From: Alphaproteobacteria bacterium
Lineage (GTDB): Bacteria > Pseudomonadota > Alphaproteobacteria > GCA-2731375
Direction: 5' to 3'
Length of the DNA stretch: 64,000 nucleotides
Assembly: GCA_965232515.1 (NCBI GenBank)
Contig: CBDDPY010000002.1
Span: forward strand, 3,264,001-3,328,000
The translations under genes and the position numbers were made by a program. The stretch's first letter is position 1. Every line of letters starts with the position of its first letter. Under the pieces are notes generated by a model, which was not told the origin of the DNA, did no database searches, and worked only from the letters and a program-made list of their open reading frames with translations. Shown one piece after another: positions 59,296-64,000 of the stretch.

Positions 59296-59955
59296 TCAGC
59301 CGGCGGACCGGCCGGTGTCCGCCAGCCCGGATTCCATCAGTCCGCGCTTCTTGCGCAATGCGCCCAACAGCGCCTCGATGTTGCCGCCGCCGCTGCGGAT
59401 CACCGAGGTGAACTCGGACCGCTGCACCAGCGACAAGCTGACGCCCTCGACCACCACATCGACGATGCGCCAGCCGAATTCGCCCTCGTAGAGCCGCCAG
59501 TTGATCGCAATCGGCGGCCCCTCGGGGCGCACGATCTTACTGCGCACCACGGCATAACCGGCGCCATCCGGCCGCGAATCGGCGATCCGGAGCGTCTCGC
59601 CGCCATAGGCCGAGAGGCGGGCACCGTAGCTGCCGACGATATAGTCCTCGAACAGACTCAGATATTCGTCGCGCTGCGCTTCGGTGGCGCGCCGCCAGTA
59701 GCGGCCCAACACGAAGCGCGCGACCCGCGGCATGTCGAAGCCTTCACTCAACAACTCCCGGAAGGTTTCCTGCCGCGTCTCCGGCGACAGCGATTCGTCC
59801 CGCAGCATCGCAACCGCCCGATCGCCGAGGCCCCTCACCACGGCTGCCGGATCGGCATCGTCGGCAAACGCCGGCGACGCTACCGTCAGAATCGCCAAGC
59901 CGATCGCCGCGAGCAATATCGCCAGCCGGACATGTAGATGTACCAGTCCCGTCAT
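59296..59955 (-). CDS. MlaC/Ttg2D family periplasmic lipid-binding protein
   Basis: Signal peptide; FD....RFVLGRYWR and W.IVDV.VEGVSL...QRSEF motifs. Confidence 0.88.
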   Translation of the reverse strand: MTGLVHLHVRLAILLAAIGLAILTVASPAFADDADPAAVVRGLGDRAVAMLRDESLSPETRQETFRELLSEGFDMPRVARFVLGRYWRRATEAQRDEYLSLFEDYIVGSYGARLSAYGGETLRIADSRPDGAGYAVVRSKIVRPEGPPIAINWRLYEGEFGWRIVDVVVEGVSLSLVQRSEFTSVIRSGGGNIEALLGALRKKRGLMESGLADTGRSAG

Positions 59956-60221
59956 CGCCTTGACCCCTAACTTTCACGGGCGTCCGGCGAAAGGCCGATA
60001 TCATGGCATTCCAGCAGGGCCCGAACCTTATGTGCTGTCAATATTAACAACTTAATGCGTCTTGGCCGAAGGCGTTGTAATCCCGGTCACACAAAACCGA
60101 CAAAACGGGGCAAATTTGATCGATTCGCCGTGATTCATACCGCATTCATGGTTAACGAATTCGTGATGCGGCAATTCGGTACACTGGCGGCTGGCGGACA
60201 GACGGGAAGGAGACGGCGGGA

Positions 60222-61040
60222 ATGACGGCAGGAAGTCCTCTTCGGGTGGGCGTTGGCGGCCTTGGCGCGATTGGCCTCGATGTGGCGGCTGCCTTGGATC
60301 GCGGTATCGACGGCCTGCAATTGGGCGCCGTCTCCGCCCGAGACCGCCAACGCGCGGCCGATCGGCTGACGCCATTCCGTAAGCCCGTCCCCGTGGTGGG
60401 ACTGGCCGACCTGGCCGAGATCGCTGATATCGTCATTGAATGCGCGCCGGCGGCCGTCTTCGACGAGATCGCCGACGCCGCCGTTGCCGCCGGCCGCATC
60501 TTCATGCCCTTGTCCGTGGGCGTTCTGTTGCGTCGCATGGATCTGATCGATCAAGCTGCCGCCAGCGGCGCACGCATCATCGTGCCGACCGGCGCGCTGC
60601 TGGGGCTCGACGCCGTGCGCGCCGCCGCCGAGGGCGAGATCCATGCCGTGACCATGATTACCCGCAAGCCGCCGCGCGGCCTGAAGGGCGCGCCGCATAT
60701 CGAGAAGCTGGGCCTCGACATGGACGCGGTGACGGAGCCGATCAAGGTCTTCGACGGTCCGGCCCGCACGGCTGCCGAGGGCTTTCCGGCCAACATCAAT
60801 GTCGCCGTGGCGCTGAGCCTGGCCGGGATCGGCCCCGACCGGACCACGGTCGAGATCTGGGCCGACCCGACGGTGACGCGAAATACCCACCGGATCCGGG
60901 TCGAGGCCGAGGCCGCCCGTTTCGAGATGACCATCGAAGGCGTGCCGACGCCGGACAACCCGGCCACCGGCCGGCTGACGCCGCTGAGCGTGATCGCCAC
61001 GCTGCGCGGTCTGGTCAGTCCGTTGCGGGTGGGAACTTGA
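60222..61040 (+). CDS. nadX: Aspartate dehydrogenase family protein (NadX-like)
   Basis: GLGAIG, ECA, GA..GLD, RKPP, FPANINVA, N.H and NPAT motifs. Confidence 0.8.
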   Translation: MTAGSPLRVGVGGLGAIGLDVAAALDRGIDGLQLGAVSARDRQRAADRLTPFRKPVPVVGLADLAEIADIVIECAPAAVFDEIADAAVAAGRIFMPLSVGVLLRRMDLIDQAAASGARIIVPTGALLGLDAVRAAAEGEIHAVTMITRKPPRGLKGAPHIEKLGLDMDAVTEPIKVFDGPARTAAEGFPANINVAVALSLAGIGPDRTTVEIWADPTVTRNTHRIRVEAEAARFEMTIEGVPTPDNPATGRLTPLSVIATLRGLVSPLRVGT

Positions 61041-61050
61041 GGGAGACCAA

Positions 61051-62739
61051 TCAGGCCGCGCGGTCGGCCTCGATCTGGCGCAGCAGCGCCGGCAATTCGT
61101 CGGCCGGCACCGGACGGCCGAAATAATAGCCCTGCGCCAGCCGGCAATTGTGCCGGCGCAGGAAGTTCATCTGCTGCCGGGTTTCAACGCCCTCGGCGAC
61201 GACCTGCAGGTTCAGATTCTCGGCGAGCGAAATGATGGTTTTGACGATCGCGGCGTCGTTCGGGTCCTCGGTGATATCGTTCACGAACGACCGGTCGATC
61301 TTCAGCACGTCGAGCGGGAAGCGCTTCAGGTAGGCGAGCGACGAATAGCCGGTGCCGAAATCGTCGACGCTGATGCGCACGCCGAGATCGCTCAAGCCCT
61401 GCAGCATGTGGCGGGTCGAATCGGGGTCGCGCATGACGCTGCTCTCGGTCAGCTCGACTTCAAGACAGTCGGCGTCCAGCCGCGCGTCGTTCAGCGACGC
61501 CAGTATCTTGTCCGGCAGGCCGTCCTGGTTGAACTGATGCGCCGACAGGTTGACGGCGACGCGGAACGCCGGCAGGCCGTCGTCGCGCCAAGTCCGGCAC
61601 TGCCGGCAGGCGGTCTTGATCACCCATTCTCCGAGACTTTCCATCAGCCCGAACTCCTCGGCCAGCGGAATGAACTGGTCGGGCGGCACCAGACCGCGCT
61701 CGGGATGATGCCAACGGATCAGCGCTTCGACGCTGACCACGTTGCCGGTGAGGAGATCGATCTGGGGCTGATAGTGCAGCGCGAACTCGCGCCGCTGGAT
61801 CGCGCCCTGCAGCGCGAAGGCAAGGCCGAGGCGCCGGTTCGACTCGGCATTCATGTCCGGCCGATAGAACATGTAGCGGTTGCCGCCCTGGCGCTTGGCC
61901 TGATACATCGCCGCGTCGGCGCACTTGATCAGCTCGTCGGCATTGTCGCCGTCGGTCGGATAGACCGCGATGCCGATGCTGGGCGAGACCGTGAACCGGT
62001 CGTTGCCGATCCGGATCTGCTCGGACAGCTGCGCCAGGGTCTTTTCGGCGATGCGGCCGGCCGTGACGGGCTTCGCCAGGTTGGCGACGACGGCGACGAA
62101 CTCGTCGCCGCCAAGACGCGCGACCGTGTCGCTGTTCCGCAAACCATCGGACAGGCGGCTGGCCACGGTCTTCAACAGCCGGTCGCCGGCCTGGTGCCCC
62201 AGGGTATCGTTGATCATCTTGAAGCGGTCGAGATCGAAGAACAGAACCGCCAGCCGCTCGTCATAGCGTTTCGCGTGATTGATGGCCTGGGCCAGACGAT
62301 CGTAGAGCAGCAGCCGGTTCGGCAGGCCGGTAAGCGGATCGTAGTAGTTCTGATCGGATCGCGTGATGGCGCAGCCGATGGCCGTCGCCAGGCGGTCCGG
62401 CACGCCGATCTCGGCGGCCAGCACGAAGTCCTGCACACCCTGCCGGACCAGCTCGACCGTGGTGATCGGATCGAACCGCTCGGTCAGTACCACCGTCGGC
62501 AGGCCGGGCGCGACGGTCTTCAGCGAGGCCAGCTCGGCATGCATTTCCGATCCATCCTCGGCGCCGATGACAACGGCGTCATAGCCGCCGGCGGCGAGCG
62601 CCGGCTGGTACGAGGCCGCCAGGCGCGGCGTATGGACGAGGTCGAAGGTGCCGCCGCCAAGCACGGCTTTCGCCGCGCTCGCGAGATTTGCCTCGGGCGC
62701 AACCAACAGAACCTTGATCGCGTTCAAATCAGAGCCCAC
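61051..62739 (-). CDS. Pseudo-receiver + GGDEF + EAL protein (diguanylate cyclase/phosphodiesterase)
   Basis: DPLTGLPNR, RLGGDEF, EAL.RW, DDFGTGYSS and QGY motifs all intact. Confidence 0.94.
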   Translation of the reverse strand: MGSDLNAIKVLLVAPEANLASAAKAVLGGGTFDLVHTPRLAASYQPALAAGGYDAVVIGAEDGSEMHAELASLKTVAPGLPTVVLTERFDPITTVELVRQGVQDFVLAAEIGVPDRLATAIGCAITRSDQNYYDPLTGLPNRLLLYDRLAQAINHAKRYDERLAVLFFDLDRFKMINDTLGHQAGDRLLKTVASRLSDGLRNSDTVARLGGDEFVAVVANLAKPVTAGRIAEKTLAQLSEQIRIGNDRFTVSPSIGIAVYPTDGDNADELIKCADAAMYQAKRQGGNRYMFYRPDMNAESNRRLGLAFALQGAIQRREFALHYQPQIDLLTGNVVSVEALIRWHHPERGLVPPDQFIPLAEEFGLMESLGEWVIKTACRQCRTWRDDGLPAFRVAVNLSAHQFNQDGLPDKILASLNDARLDADCLEVELTESSVMRDPDSTRHMLQGLSDLGVRISVDDFGTGYSSLAYLKRFPLDVLKIDRSFVNDITEDPNDAAIVKTIISLAENLNLQVVAEGVETRQQMNFLRRHNCRLAQGYYFGRPVPADELPALLRQIEADRAA

Positions 62740-62896
62740 TAACCCACAAAAAGAGACGCCACCCCCGCGAGCGGCTCCATGATGGCAGTCATGGGTTACG
62801 GGTTCGTATACCGCCGTTAACCATGACCGGGGTCCTGAAGGCCGGCGCAGCGACCGCCGGCTAGGAAATCGGTCCGGTTAGATCGTGACTTAAGCC

Positions 62897-63670
62897 CTAG
62901 GCCCGGTCGCCGAACTGACGGCGCAGCTTGCGCATGCCGCCGAGCCAGCGGTCATAGTCCGCTGTCTTGTGCTGCATGTAGCCCAGAACCTGCGGATGCG
63001 GCAGCACCAGGAAGCGCTCCTCGGCCAGCGCCTCGATCACGGTGTCGGCCAGTTGCTCGGGCTCGATCATGCCGTCGATGCCGGCGACGCCGCCCTCCTC
63101 CAGGCCGGCCGTCATCGCCGTGCGCACCGCCTGCGGGCACAGGATCGACACCTTGATGCCGTCGTCGCCATGGGCGATCGACAGCCATTCGGCGAAACCG
63201 ACCGCGGCATGCTTGGTGGTCGAGTAGGTCGACGAGCCGACATGGCTCAGCAGGCCGGCGGCCGACACCGTGGTCATGAAATAGCCGCCGCCACGCCCGG
63301 CCATACGCGGCACCACCGCCCGTGCCGCATAGATATGCCCCATCACGTTCACGGCCCAGCACTTCTGCCAGTCGGCCTCCGACGTCTCCAACCCGCCGCC
63401 AATGGCGATGCCGGCATTGGCGCAGAACAGGTCGATCGGCCCGACCTCGGTCTCCGTCAGCTCGACCAGCCGGGCGACGTCGGCCTCGACCCCGACATCG
63501 GCCGGAATTGCGATACCGCCGATCTCGTCGGCGACGGCTTGTGCGCCTTCAGTATCGATGTCGCTGACCACGACCCTGGCCGCCCCTTCGGCGACAAACC
63601 GCCGCGCCAACGCGCGGCCGATGCCGCTCGCGCCTCCGGTGACGACGGCGATCTTGTTGTCCAACTGCAT
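62897..63670 (-). CDS. SDR family oxidoreductase
   Basis: TGGASGIG, ANAG, YSTTK and LCPQAV motifs. Confidence 0.9.
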   Translation of the reverse strand: MQLDNKIAVVTGGASGIGRALARRFVAEGAARVVVSDIDTEGAQAVADEIGGIAIPADVGVEADVARLVELTETEVGPIDLFCANAGIAIGGGLETSEADWQKCWAVNVMGHIYAARAVVPRMAGRGGGYFMTTVSAAGLLSHVGSSTYSTTKHAAVGFAEWLSIAHGDDGIKVSILCPQAVRTAMTAGLEEGGVAGIDGMIEPEQLADTVIEALAEERFLVLPHPQVLGYMQHKTADYDRWLGGMRKLRRQFGDRA

Positions 63671-63780
63671 GACGATCCCTTCCCGAATTCAGCGGCTGAC
63701 AAAGACTGACCGAGCTTACCAGCACGGCATAGTGACGGGACCACATCAAATGCCTTTGGCCATATCAAGGTTGTAAGATT

Positions 63781-63804
63781 TGTCTATTTTGTCTAAATTA
63801 GACA
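63781..63804. promoter_or_regulatory. Putative antitoxin operator
   Basis: Palindrome TGTCTAAATTAGACA (63790-63804) plus an extra TGTCTA half-site at 63781, just upstream of the antitoxin ATG. Confidence 0.6.
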
Positions 63805-63826
63805 GCGACGAATGATGGAGTCTGTC

Positions 63827-64000
63827 ATGCGCTATGTATCCGCGACGGAAGCAAAGCAAGCCCTGGCCGCCGTCCTCGACGCGGCGCAACACGAGCCCGT
63901 CGTCATCCAACGGCAAAAACGAGATGTGGCCGTGATGCTGTCGGTCCAGGAATACGAGAAGCTGACGGCACTCAATGTCGCGGAATTCAATCATTTCTGC
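63827..64000 (+). CDS. Phd/YefM family antitoxin, truncated by the window end
   Basis: Not in the ORF track. MRYVSATEAKQALAAVLDAAQHEPVVIQRQKRDVAVMLSVQEYEKL; GGAG RBS. Confidence 0.88.
   Translation, partial: MRYVSATEAKQALAAVLDAAQHEPVVIQRQKRDVAVMLSVQEYEKLTALNVAEFNHFC

Noticed and set aside
63746-63994. 82-aa minus-strand ORF
   Set aside because: Antisense to the Phd/YefM antitoxin, which has an RBS, an operator and family motifs.

Overview
High-GC alphaproteobacterial (Rhodospirillales-like) chromosomal segment. It has about 60 protein-coding genes, and I found no rRNA, tRNA or CRISPR. The backbone is the conserved string tadA / rluB-rsmD / mutL ... M16-M16-DUF3035-lspA-ileS ... ribF-maoC ... 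TIGR01459 HAD-EAL, interrupted by several accessory blocks. Left part: a peptide ABC transporter with a divergent LysR, short-Q-loop cytochrome bd (cydAB plus a 35-aa membrane ORF missing from the ORF track), a signal-peptide-bearing formamidase coupled to an unknown Tat protein, and two DUF2817 M14-like paralogs flanking an acyl-CoA ligase, a GNAT and a CoxD/CoxE-like pair. Right part: mostly catabolic genes, including sugar-acid enzymes, SDRs, a CoA ligase, a lactonase and a nadX-like gene, plus c-di-GMP proteins. The most notable signals are: (i) an IS30 element inserted precisely in a REP palindrome that supplies the transposase stop codon; (ii) an Ile-codon-rich 21-aa uORF with an overlapping hairpin upstream of ileS; (iii) a LysR-divergent operon of a cupredoxin-like protein, a MerA-like flavoprotein and a TVP38 protein, inside a 7.4-kb insertion that also carries an ankyrin protein and an orphan gene; (iv) several unusual perfect inverted repeats. 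All functional calls come from motif recognition by eye; no searches were run.
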